Shown: positions 1-12,800 of the stretch, one piece after another
How positions within the stretch are numbered: position 1 is the first letter of the stretch
Layout of the letters: the number at the start of each line of letters is the position of its first letter
Assembly (NCBI GenBank): GCA_048013815.1
Contig: CM106585.1
Coordinates: 18,476,001 to 18,540,000, forward strand
Length of the DNA: 64,000 bases
DNA from: Setoptus koraiensis
Taxonomy: Eukaryota > Animalia > Arthropoda
Direction of reading: 5' to 3'
Position numbers and translations under genes: made by a program
Notes under the pieces: generated by a model
What the model was told of the DNA's origin: nothing
Databases searched by the model: none
Seen by the model: the letters and a program-made list of their open reading frames with translations, nothing else

Positions 1-662
1 GCTCGCAGTGATACACGCAGTGATACAAAATGGTGGCCAGCGAGTCACAGACCGATGCGTTGTCAGTTGTCTTGTGCAAAGTGTTGGCGAACTTTTGCTG
101 TTTCGTAGCGTGCGATGCTCGTTGCATGACAACAATGCCACTCGCACAGCCAGTGTAAATACAGCCAGTGTGTGGCGTGGAATATTTTGGCGCTCTAGAC
201 GATAGCGCGTAGCGCGGCCAGCGAATTCGTGCCAGCAAATTCGATCCTGTTTATGCAACCACCACAACTCACGCAGCGCTTTCACCATCGCGGCACACAG
301 TCAGCGGCGCTCGAGCGCGTTGGCGCATCGCGCGGCGCGCATCTCCACCGATGGCGCGTCCCCCGGCGAATTGTTTCGTACGAATTTGAGTCATTTGCAC
401 TGTGCAGTCCGGGCAATTATTTGTATTTGTATCACTACTATAATAGTAGTACTATTAGTATTATGCTGCCGTGCGCAAATTTGTCCCACCATCATCAGTT
501 TCTCCATGCACCGGCACCCCAGCCATAACAATTACTGTTGCCATTAGCACTCATTAAGTTGATATTAATTTACATTTATCTTTGTTTTCCTATGTTATCA
601 TTACCATTATTATTATTATCATCATTACCACCATTTATTATTTGTTGTTATATTACGTTGCC

Positions 663-852
663 ATGACACAACGCATCGTCGCCATCACAATTATCATCGC
701 ATTACTTGAACCGTCATTATTACCGTCGGACTGCACTTACGCGTCGCTCGCACCACCAAAAACAAACAAACTAACCCAAATCGCCGCAACAGGTCTCGTC
801 ACCACCCCAGCCAAACACCCCGCAATAAGGCCCCCTGCCACAAATACCAGAG
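663..852 (+). CDS. Cirl: Cirl-like exon 1 (signal-peptide-like MTQRIVAITIIIALL...)
   Basis: GCCATGA start context, hydrophobic N-terminus, donor AG|GTAGGT at 853; phase 1 matches exon 2. Confidence 0.65.
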
Positions 853-3800
853 GTAGGTTTTGTTCAATCGCTCATGTCAACTCATGTTCACTCACTCATG
901 TTCACTCATGTTGACTCACTCAACCTGAACTTGACTGAACGCGTTCGTTGACCAGACTCTGGCCTATCCACCATTCCGTCACACTGCTCACATGCATCAA
1001 GCTAATTATGTCGATCAATTGACGATAACTAGACGACTTAGTTTCAGCTCGCAGCAACAGTCTGCCCAAGCACTGACCACCATCAACTCTTCCTCATCCG
1101 TCAACTGTGTACACTTGCCACTGTGTGTGTGTGTGTGTGCGCGCTAAGGTAGCCAATCAATTGAAGTTCAACAGAGAGGAAGGATGCCCTCGAGCACACC
1201 TGTTGCTTGCCGGCGATGGCTGGCTAACTATGCAAACCGTTGCAGGGTTAGCCAGCCCAACTTCTACTCTAACACACTAACACTCTTGCACACGCTCAAA
1301 CATGTGGCCAGCCGGCCGGCCGCTCATCATGCCCAAAATAATGAACTTATCAAGATATGCTATCTACCACTCAAGCTCGCATCTCGCTTTTATGCAAATT
1401 TTTGATAATGATCTATCGAGACATCATCTCTCCGATAGTTGTGCTCTTGTAACTGCCCGAACTGACCAGTAGGTTGCTGAACTTGACTAGTCAACAAAAC
1501 GTTGTTGTTGTTTTCATGACCAACAACAACAACAACAACGGCAACCAATTGCGCTCATTTTGTTCGCCCTCAACGACTTGCATGAGAGCAATCATAAATG
1601 TAGCTCCATGGTAAATTTGTTAACAAATAATGGGCAACACTTAATTAGCATTGATCACTACATGCTGTAAGGAAAAGGATTGAAGAGAGAAAGAGCGACA
1701 AAAACAAGCAGGCTCAAAAAGCTGCTGGGTGGTCCATTTTGTGTCCAGGTTGCAAGACATTGTAGATGGTATCTTCCTCTGTTTTACTATCGAAACAAAC
1801 TAATCAATCTTTATTTCGTAGCATCCTCTGTTAACTAACTACGCACTCCTAATAGATGTTAATAATAGCGCTACACTTCCTATAGCGCATACATGAGAGA
1901 ATGTCTTCTCAACCCTTGCACTAGTTTGTGAGCTTGCTGTTAATCTAACTGCAAAACAGCCATTTGCCATCAGATCGACATAGAGGTTATTCTTTCGCTT
2001 TATCTCTTTACCTCTTGTTGTTACAATAGTACACAACAAACATCTAGCATAACATCTGTCATTTCTGTTACACAACCATAAATCATATCGGCAATTAAAC
2101 AAATTACAACACAACTCTGCTCTGACTAAGAGTGGAGCAACGGCATCAATACTAAAAACTAATCCTCAATACCTTTATTTTCTCTATATCATTCCCACGC
2201 ATTCATGGTAATTTTTCTCACTAAATCAACTGTTTGGACGTTAACAATAAACAACTCGTGGACAATGAAATTACGCGATATTGATTAATGAAAAACGAAA
2301 ATATGTCAATATAATCGTGGTAAATATACAAAAAATATCCATTTGGCCAACTCAATTAAATTATGTTGTTTCTATTGGTGATCAATATCCACTACACACC
2401 AATTAAACAAACAATCACCATGCTGGCCAAACATAAACAAACAAACAAACTACAACTAAACTCACAGGCCACTTACATTCTAAAACGACCTATGCTTGTG
2501 AAGGCAACCAGCTTGATTTGACCTGCGACGATAAAAAGTCTATTCATTTAGTCCGAGCTAACTACGGTCGTTTTAGTTTGAGCATATGCAATGATGGAGG
2601 CTTTTCAAATTTGAGTGTTAATTGCATGTCGTATAGATCATTTTTGGTTATGCAAGACAGGTAAGTACTGAATCACCTAAGAGAGATATATCGACAGCAA
2701 TAACAACAGCAGCAGCAAGTATCATTATCTGACTTTTATGCTCATTCTAGTGGTTATGGATGATTGTCTTTGTGTTTATATACAGTATATCAGAAGTATT
2801 GGAGAGTATCAGAGAGAATAATGCCAAAGAACACGGGTGGCAGGCCAGTAGTAGTGTTCAACTCGGCACATTTATATCAAGATAGCTCGGACAGTCGAGC
2901 GATGATAAACAAACAAACTATCTAACATGAGTCTATTGATTTCCTGCTGAGTGTACAAGCTTAGCATTCAGAGATAGGGAGGGAGAGAGAGAGAGAGAGA
3001 GAGAGAGCCAGAGATGGCCGATCGTTTCTCAATGCCACCCGCCAGAAATGTTTACACTACTTCTGATCATTGGCACTATTGATTAGAAGAAAGATAGATA
3101 GACTGTAGATAGATTAGCAGCAATAAAAGCATACACATACATAATATGCTAAGAATTGAAACGGAATATTATTTAGTCAAGGATTATTATTATTTAAGGA
3201 ATTCACAAGATATGCAACTAGACAGATATATCCAATCAATCTTATGTTGCTGTTGTTTTTGCGACTACTTAACTTTAGCCAGATATCGTGTAGTCAGTAG
3301 AGTGCAAGAAAACAAAAATGGTCTGATTATCGATGATTGATTTTGATGCATCTCAGTCTGACCGAGTGTTTGCATTGACGAGAAACTACAATATGTTTAA
3401 AGTGCATTTTGTGTAGATTTCTAGCTTTAGTTTCAAGTAGTTGCTAACTACTAATAATAGTTAATTGATAGTTTGCGAGTGTTAAATTTAGCCAATAGAT
3501 AGATAAATACACACAAATGTATTTTTGCGTTAGATATTGAATTATCAAGCTTACGAGAAGGGACTCCATCAACAACGACATCAACAACAATTCTTAACAT
3601 CAACAAAAACTTGGACTATTACTCTAAAGTGACGACGGCGTTGAGGGCTTACTTGACCTTAAACACACTAGTCTCGGTACTACTGGCTCACTCAAGTCAA
3701 ACTAGCTTGCGGTTACAGAGAGTACTTACTTTGTTAGCTGGACTTTATTTATTTAAGGGTTTGCATACAGCGAAAGAACGAACATAACAACAATGTCCCG

Positions 3801-6800
3801 TCACCTGTTACCTTTGTGAGATAAAGCTAAAGCTGCTCCATCACATGAACTGATGATGGCGTCAGCCAGCTCATAGTTGCTGCTGACCACCCACATTACA
3901 TTAGCCGCTGACCACTCAGACTTGTGTGCAAGCTTGGCTAAAATTAATGTAGTAGTTGCAATTATTTTTATATCAGAGGGCCAATTTAGTTTATTAGTTA
4001 AAGTTATCTCAATTTTTTAATGTCCGTGTGTTTAATTTAGTGTAGTGGTACTGACGGTTGTGCTTGAGAGAAATCATGACAAACTTTAATGATGGCCATT
4101 ATTACCAGCGATTGTTTTTTTCGTCGTCCTTATCCTTATTAACGTCTGACGAGATTAGCCTCTACACTTGTTAACTTGTTAGCTGGCTAAAGATGGTGGT
4201 AAGATTCGACGAGAATTATGTCAATAGAGGGAATGGTCAGACGACAGCCGTTGAGCAGTTACATGGACAATCAACGGCAAACGAGATTGATTTAATCAGC
4301 ATCGGGTTAATCATCGCTCAATGTCTGGTTGAAAATTATGGGACGATGCAATTGAAGTCAAAGAAAAGCAGCAACAAAAAATATTTTATTTTTCTAGAAC
4401 CATACAACACTGTGATCAATAATAATCGGTAGTTTAGTATCTCGGTGGTAATTGTTCTGTTGTTGTTGCTGTCTCTCTCGATTGATAGAGATCACAATGA
4501 TGATAATGATTATTATTTCGTCATAAATCAAGATTATTACTAATTCTAGCAACCCTCTTCTCTCTTTATCTCTCTTGAACTTCAAACATTTTCAAAAACA
4601 ATGACCACATAACGCCATCAACTAACAATCGGACCGGACATCTAACCAAATAATACCGTTCATTTGGCTCCGATTTCCTTGCACCTGTACACTAACGATA
4701 CAAATTACAACAAAAACATTCTTCCTTTGAAATCAACATGCACACAAACAAACGTTTGGTAACTACCACTTATATCAACAATGCAAACTGGTCACTATTG
4801 ATGAAACGCAATGTCAAACAACTGTACTGTCCTACAACTGTTATGTAACAATGCAACAATGACATCTTAACATTATCCAATTGGGCCAATCTGATAATAA
4901 TGAAAACAACAGGTGTAGTCAACAAAGCAACTGTAGTGTGGTAGTCTCCAGCAGCATGTTCGGTGATCCTTGCCCAGACACCTCAAAGGTAATGTTGATA
5001 TTATATGGCTAGAGCTTAGGGTTAGATTCATAATTCTGTAGTGCTGGCGGTAGTACTAGTGGCAGTCTTAATCGGACAAAGATGTAAGCCATGACATTTG
5101 TGTTCGGAAAGAGATACTACAAGTATCATAAATTATCTATCGCCAATTGGTCACTCTTGTCACAAGATTTCCACTACTGCTACCAGCTAGCACAACAAGT
5201 AGTATTCCACTGGCTTGTCCTATTATGCAATTGTTGCTTGATAGTCATACGGTGTCGTTATTAATTATTATGCAAATCCTTCCTAACTTATTTCATAAGA
5301 GAGCGTATGAATATAAGGAAAAAATGAAGAGATGAGAAAATAATCTAACCAAAACACATTTCTATTTATCTTCTACACACGCATATATTCCTTATAATGT
5401 GCGACATACACTCATGCATCCGATAAAACATATTGGTCACCTGTTGATTGCACCCTGTTTGACATCGAACACTTACCACTACGATCTCGCTAACAACCAT
5501 GATCACTCGCTTCATGCAAACATATGGCAACAACATTCCAAAATGAAACCCATCATGATTAATGGTCTCTGTGCTGCCGAATGGTTTAAAAATGGCAACA
5601 ACAACAACATTTGGTTACCGACCGATCAACCAATTGTATGACCATTACACCACTCGAAATGGCCTTTCCAAACGACGCTCCTTGTTCCTGTCAATGATCA
5701 ATAATCCACCGAAACCGATCATCTTATGATCCGATCAAATTGTTCGCTATATGCATCATTACGTAACCAACAACGAACTGACCTTGGTCGTCTCACTACT
5801 CTATGCATATCGAACTTTCTTAATATACATTGGAATACTCATGTATATACATATATACACTCCTGATCTTCATGCTCTGTCAATACCAAATGGATAAATA
5901 ATATTGACCATGGATCATGAAAATCGGATTAATAATGTACCATGACTACGCTACCATAACATGGCCTGACCGTGAATTTTTTGTAAATCTTAAAACTGGC
6001 CTATTGTGTGATCATGAAACTTCCTACCTCCATCGGTGTTGCTGTTCTTGGTACCGCCGCCACCAACAACTAACTCGCTTAACGAACTACTTTTCTTCCA
6101 ATATCACCTTAATGAACCCCATTGCCCAATGCCTGTTTCCTATTGGTCGATCAATGTTGCCTCTGTTGGACTAATGTGCTGCTACTAAAAAAAATACTGA
6201 TCGCAACACTGATGATGATGATAATGAAAAAAATCGATCATCATGCGGCTACTCAAAATCATTATCATTGTTATGAAACCACCTTTACTGCTGCCACCGC
6301 TGGCTACCATGGTCACCTCACTATTACTTCGGAACACTTGACCATTCACTAAATTAACTTTACCACTGCCGCATCAATTGTAATCAACTGTGGTCAACTA
6401 CAATGCGCGCGACTACTTTAACTCTATTCAATACAACTGCTCCCTGACCAACACTAATCATCCGTATTCATTGTTAACTTTGACTGGTCAACTCCAATCA
6501 ATACTTGGTCCGCTATTACAACAACATCTCAAACCAATGCAACAACGACTGCAACAACATCACCTCTATTGTGGCCACCATTGATTGATGCTCCTTTTGA
6601 TCGCGCCACAACATCAACATGAACTACCCCAACAACAATGGTCTCTCTATCGTCGATCTAATCGCCCAAACTAACATCAACAATATACTTGTATATCTTG
6701 TATTGGTCGCTTGCTTTCTTTATATCTCGTTGGAAATCTCGCCATATGATGATGTAACATTTAAACTTTGCATCATCATTATTTACACGCAATTGAACAA

Positions 6801-9800
6801 ACTGCGACGTCTATGGACCAACGGCCAACAACTAACAACACCGCAACAACAAACTATCCATCAAACTAATCAATCCGGCCAACTTCCATCCTACACTTCT
6901 CTTGTCGCTTCCTGGCGCTCATGTTGGCTTCGGCTCTCACTCTGACGTTCAAATCACAATATCACAATGACACACATCACTTCTTTCTATTTCTTATCTT
7001 TTCTCTCTCTATCTCTTCTATATTAATTAACTTCTTTTCCACTACTCTGTTCTATCGTTTTCGTTGTTGCTGTTTGCATGTGTATTATTCAAATTCACCT
7101 CCGTACAAACAACATCGTTGCTAACTAAATGCCGCCAACACTTTTTGTTGGCCCTGCTCGCTACTGATTCACTCTGATAATATTTTATTTCTACAACTCA
7201 AACTAATACTATCCAATGTGTTCTATGACTCGATCAACAACGAACCAATTGCACCTTGCATCTATTGTGCTCTTCTTGTATTCATTATCATCAACATCTT
7301 GCCCCGTGATGATGAACGCAATATTCACATCACTGCCCTTCGCTCTGTATATCTTTTCCTGTTGATCAATTGAACCTGAAACATGATGATGGACATTGAA
7401 TACCGAACACTAACATGCTGCTCCTTCAATCAAAAACGAAAAATCCATCTTCCTATCCAAAATATCGGTTTGCCTTTGCAAACATATTTTGTACAATAAC
7501 AACAACTGACTTTTACGTAACATCTACAATACTTACAACCTAATCACACACAATCAACATTGATCTGACTGATGATGCCGATGCTGGATGCTCTCTGATG
7601 ATTAATCATCCTTCACATTTGTACCTACTGCCTAATGCCAATTGAATACACACTTACAAATGGACACACGATGACGCAATGAAAATGATGGCCATAATAA
7701 CAACAACACAAAACCAATTTTTGGCTGTTGGTTATTGGTATTGGCCAAAACTATTGGTGTGTTTCCATCTAAAACCATTTGCACTATGTTGTTTTGCCAC
7801 TACATCGACCACATCGACGTCGTCATCGTCGCCGTCATCTGACCATCGCCAATCAAATGGAATGCCCATGAATTCAATACTCGCTTCTTTTTCGTGTGTC
7901 CATCACTAATGGACAATGGATATCTGGCCGCGCGCGCGCTACAACCATTATCAAATTATCCACCATATCGCGTGCCACCTGATACGACTGCTACCACTGA
8001 CAACCACCGCAACCACCATTATCGCAACACACATTCTTAATTTGGATTCTCTGCTATCTCTCTTTCTCTCTCTCCCCACCATGGGTGCCCGGCGCCACTT
8101 CTTCGAACTGCTCCAAAAATAACAATTTGGAAAATGTTACAAAAATCAATCTGTGTCTGTGAAACATGATTATGCCACCAACAACAACAAAAACAACAAT
8201 TTATGTTGCTGTTGCTAATCCTGTCTGTGTGTCTGCCGCCCCCATCTATCGCAACTAACTGAACTGATTAACCTTACATTATCTTATCCTCCTATTATTA
8301 TCCTCTATGTGCGTAACTTGACTACCACCAACCAAATCTAACTCATTAATACTACACTATGCTTCTGCCCGGTTATATCTACTGATGATACGGACGCGCT
8401 CTTCATGGGAACAAACAATAATCTTCGTCTCATTGATATCAATTTCTATTTACGACCACTGAAACAAATGCCACTATTTGTTATGTGTGTCTGACTCACT
8501 GCTTCTAAAACACAACATGACCACTTTTGGTAATCCTTTTCGATAATCCCTCACGCTTCACGTTTTCTATTTGGACATTCCATACAAATGGGCACACATA
8601 CATATCTAATCTATATATCCAATGGCGCAAACCTACGATGCTAATTGCCACTTCCTATCAACTATAATGCTCCAAACAAACACAGTACCTGGAGGTCCAA
8701 TACTATTGTGTAGACGGTAAGTCAATTGAATGCAAAGCATAACTCTCTTTTAGTTCGCGATACAATGCCCTGCAATGAATTAGGTTGGCTGACTTTTAGT
8801 TTTTCGCTATGACAGCGACATCTGTGAGGCACGGTCACGGTAGTTGGCCAACTAAAGCAACTGTTGTTTGTTTGTTGGCCAGTTACTAACGAGATTGAGG
8901 AGGATCTTTAGGCCAAATATGCTGGCCAAAGCAAATTATATTCTAGCCAACAAGACTACTAAAGAGGCGGCTGCCCACTTAAACTATCGCATTGGGGGTA
9001 AAGAATGTGTCGCTAGTGTGATGATTCCTTGACGAACGGCCTTTCACTTCTCCATGATGGACTTAAACTGCTTGCAACGTTTTGCCTTATTTCTATCTCT
9101 ATTGCCACTAATACTTTTGCCATGCTAATAATATTGCATATGGCACAGTGTGATAGAAAGTGGCTTCGAAGTTGGAACGAGGCTTGTTTGGTTGTTGTTT
9201 GTGTGCGCATCACGACGCGCCGAGAGAACATACCAGTTACTATTTCTAAGCAATAGGAATAGTTTGCGAGTTTATCTACGTGTGGTTGGCCATTTCTCGG
9301 CCCACTGTCTGCCGCCAAGCAAAACATTAGACGCATTAGACATGCAAACAAAGCGAGCCAAAGCCACTATGATGATGGTTATCATGTTATTATTGTAATC
9401 CCATGATCGATGGCGTTATCTGCACGCACAGATTAGACGGCTAGTGAGAGAGCGATAGAGATACTCATACATAATCAGCATAATCAACATTTATCTTGCT
9501 TTATTGCTTGCTCATGTATTTAAAAGCACCAACTGAATGGTTGCGTCGAGCTAGTTGGTATGGGCAGCGGCAGCAGCAGCCCCAGCTAGATTGGGGCTGC
9601 AAAACAACGAGGACGAAGAAGATTGTGCGAAATTGATGTTGGCGCACTTGTCTGTTGCTGCTGGTCAGCACAAGCTGGTCAGTGGCAGCGAAGGGCAGCA
9701 GTAGATTAGGCAAATGACGGTGTCTATTACACAACAGCAACAACAACAGTTGTGTAGTGACACAATAGTTGTTTGCACGAGCACAAACACCGTTTATGGC

Positions 9801-12800
9801 TGCAACAGTACACACAGTTTGGATTATTGGGCCTATTTAGCGAGCAGCGGTCAGTCGGCCAGCAGCAATTGTGCCAGCGATGATTGGGCCAACTTTAATT
9901 TTGCCATTTGCGCAAGTGCCTCTCGTCGCCCAACTTATTCTTGGAGTCCAGTAAATCCCACGCCAACGATAATCACCTGATGTGTGCACTGGTCACACAT
10001 CGGGCAATGGCCATACATACGTGATGAGGCGGGCGTTCGGTGGCGAAGCGAGCGGAGAAAGTGCAACACGGACAAACAGATATCATTATATCATTGCACC
10101 TGCATGTGCCGTGTAATCTCGATGCTGCTGTAATGCCCGCTGCCGTTCTCAGCCTCTGGCCTGGGGCAACCATTATCCCAGGCACCTATTACATCATCGT
10201 TCTCATGGTGTGTTGCTGGCTGACTCAATCGGACGAATGACTCAACAATCGGACGGACACACACTGGAGATTGCTCGGAATTGTAGCGGAGCAAGAGATA
10301 CGCTCGGTGTCACTGATGATGCGGGCGCTACCTAATTCGCCCACTCTCGACTCGAGAGTCTCGAAGCTTTCTGTATCTATATCCAACTCGATGCGGCCAC
10401 TGTGGAGGCTCGGGGAAGTAGATGGATACAGTTGAATAATAGTCGGTGATTGGGTCGTGACCGGCGCGTTGGCAGCCCGGGAACACACAACAACAGTGCC
10501 CGTGAATTCGGTTGCCACGGCATGACCGACCGGACCGCTCGCTTCTGTTGCGCCGTTCAGTGGCATCGTCGTATGGCCGGCGATATGGCTCACATCGCCG
10601 ATTGTCCAAAATGTCCGACAGGTGCATTATGCTAATTCGGCATTGTGTGTTGGCCGTTGTCATCGCACTTGTTCTTCGATATGCCACGCTCATAATAGAA
10701 TGGGCACCGATGGTGTGTCTGTCTTATAAATATATCACTGGGCACCGCCGCACAATCTCACAGGGCACAATCTCGCAGAGCACACACAATCTGACAGAGT
10801 GCCGCGCAGCGAAACAGCGGCAACCGGTTGATTTGAATATTCAAATAAGAGGCTTAAGTGAATTCTTCTGTCCGTCCACTGTCATAAATGGCCGGCACCG
10901 AGAGATCAATCAACCGGCCACATTGGACTGCTGGCCGGTCCATCGGCCGGCTTGTTGGGTGGCGCGCAACGCGCGCCACTCATGTAGCTGGCGTTGGTGG
11001 CGCCATAATTGTTGGTGGCCCTTCTGTCTGGCGACCCCCACGGAAAGGTAATTAAGACTGTATCAATCATGCGCCGGTAGGAGCATTGAACGGCCGGCCG
11101 GAATGGCCGGTCGGCTGGCCGGTCAATGCTCACAATTTATGTGCATATACTCTATGTATATATACTCTGTGGCCACTCGCTGTTTTTGGCTCGTAAAACT
11201 CGAATCAACGTCGAGACATACAGCTCATACAGCGCTCATGATAATCGACAAATCTCGTCTAAAACCAACAACAAGCTCTCATATATATACGCGCATATAT
11301 GAGCGTGTGTGCGTCGGATTTGATATATGACCACATTTGATATATAGGCAGGAATATATCAAATGGGATCGGATCGGATATCAGCGATCGGCAATCAATC
11401 GCTGCGGCAGGTGGCTCGCTGTGCGTGCCGTATGGCTCGCTGTATCGAGTGATACAAATTCAAGTTCGGACAGTGACACGCATCAATGTGTCATCTCTTG
11501 TCCCGACTGACAGGTAGCGCACAGTTAATCGGTGCGATGCCGATGATTTCGTATTCATGCGTGCACTATCTCACAGACACAACAAGTGATGAGCCGGCTC
11601 TCTGTGGTGGAGCGTTTGCTGGCGGCCGATGCGATTTACGAAACTATATTCTTCATTTATGTCGAAATGTTTATTTCCATCATATCGTCGTCATATGCAG
11701 CGGCATCTATCACAGGGCAGATGCCGGAATGTACACTATTTCGGGGTAGGGCCAATTGGCGAGCAAATCGTCGACGCTGTCCGAAAATTGCAATGTGCAG
11801 TCTTTTTGGGGCCCAAATTCGACCGATGTCGCATCGATGAGCTTACACATCATGGTGGCCGTGTACAGCGGCCCAACAGTTGGATTTGTTTCCACCATAA
11901 GCTCAATGAATTTGCCGTGGTAAACATCTTCCTCCAGAGTGGCCAGCACGAGCTCAGTGAAGGCCTGCTCATAGTTGAAGCCCTTGTCGGATCGCAGCGG
12001 TGCGCACAGCTCATCCCTCGCACTGTCAAATTTATCTAAATCGTTTCGTTGATCTTTGTATGTGAAACTGCGACTTAAAAATCGCTTGACATTGGCCAGA
12101 AATTCCTGTTGCACCTCCAAATTGTTGTACTTGAGACCGGAAGCAACGCGGGCAACCTGTTTCACGTCTATCTTGCTCGACGAGGGCAGCCCGGTGGCCA
12201 CTTGCAACACTGCCATCATCCTCCTGGGCCAGTGCTTCTCCTTTCGCTGTGTCTCGGCCTCGCCGCCAAGGCTCAACGATTGCTTCAAATTTGGCCCCAA
12301 CTTCCATTCTTGATACCATTTCTCCATCGCCTTGCCAATCTTGTCCACCTGGGCCTGCGAGCGTCCCTGTCCTCTGACCACGGCAGAGCACGAGCTCATG
12401 ACCAGCACCATGGTCACGACAGCAAAAATTTGCGAATTCATGATTGCGACACGAACTGATGAAAAGCGAACAATTTTATCAAGTTGAGCTACTGAAACAG
12501 TCAAGTTGTTGTCGTGTTCGACAATGACAACCCAATCTCACATTCTTCAACTAACTCGCTAGCATTCGTTGGCACCCCGAAACTTGGCTCTATTAAATGG
12601 AGTCTATTTTTAGACCGCTCTTGTTTGGTATGCCAGGCAATCACGTTTTTGTCAGGGCCTCCTGATGGAATTTCAAACGGATGCCTTTGCCGAAAAGTGG
12701 AAACTTGGCACTATTTTTAGTCCCATTATTCACTCTCGTGCAGCGAGTCAATTGTCGGTCAGAGAAAGACACTGGCAAACGTATCAAATGCGATCTGTGG

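Noticed and set aside
10225-10593. 122-aa minus-strand ORF in the Cirl intron
   Set aside because: No good start or acceptor, no homology recognised, and it contains an inverted-repeat motif typical of local non-coding DNA
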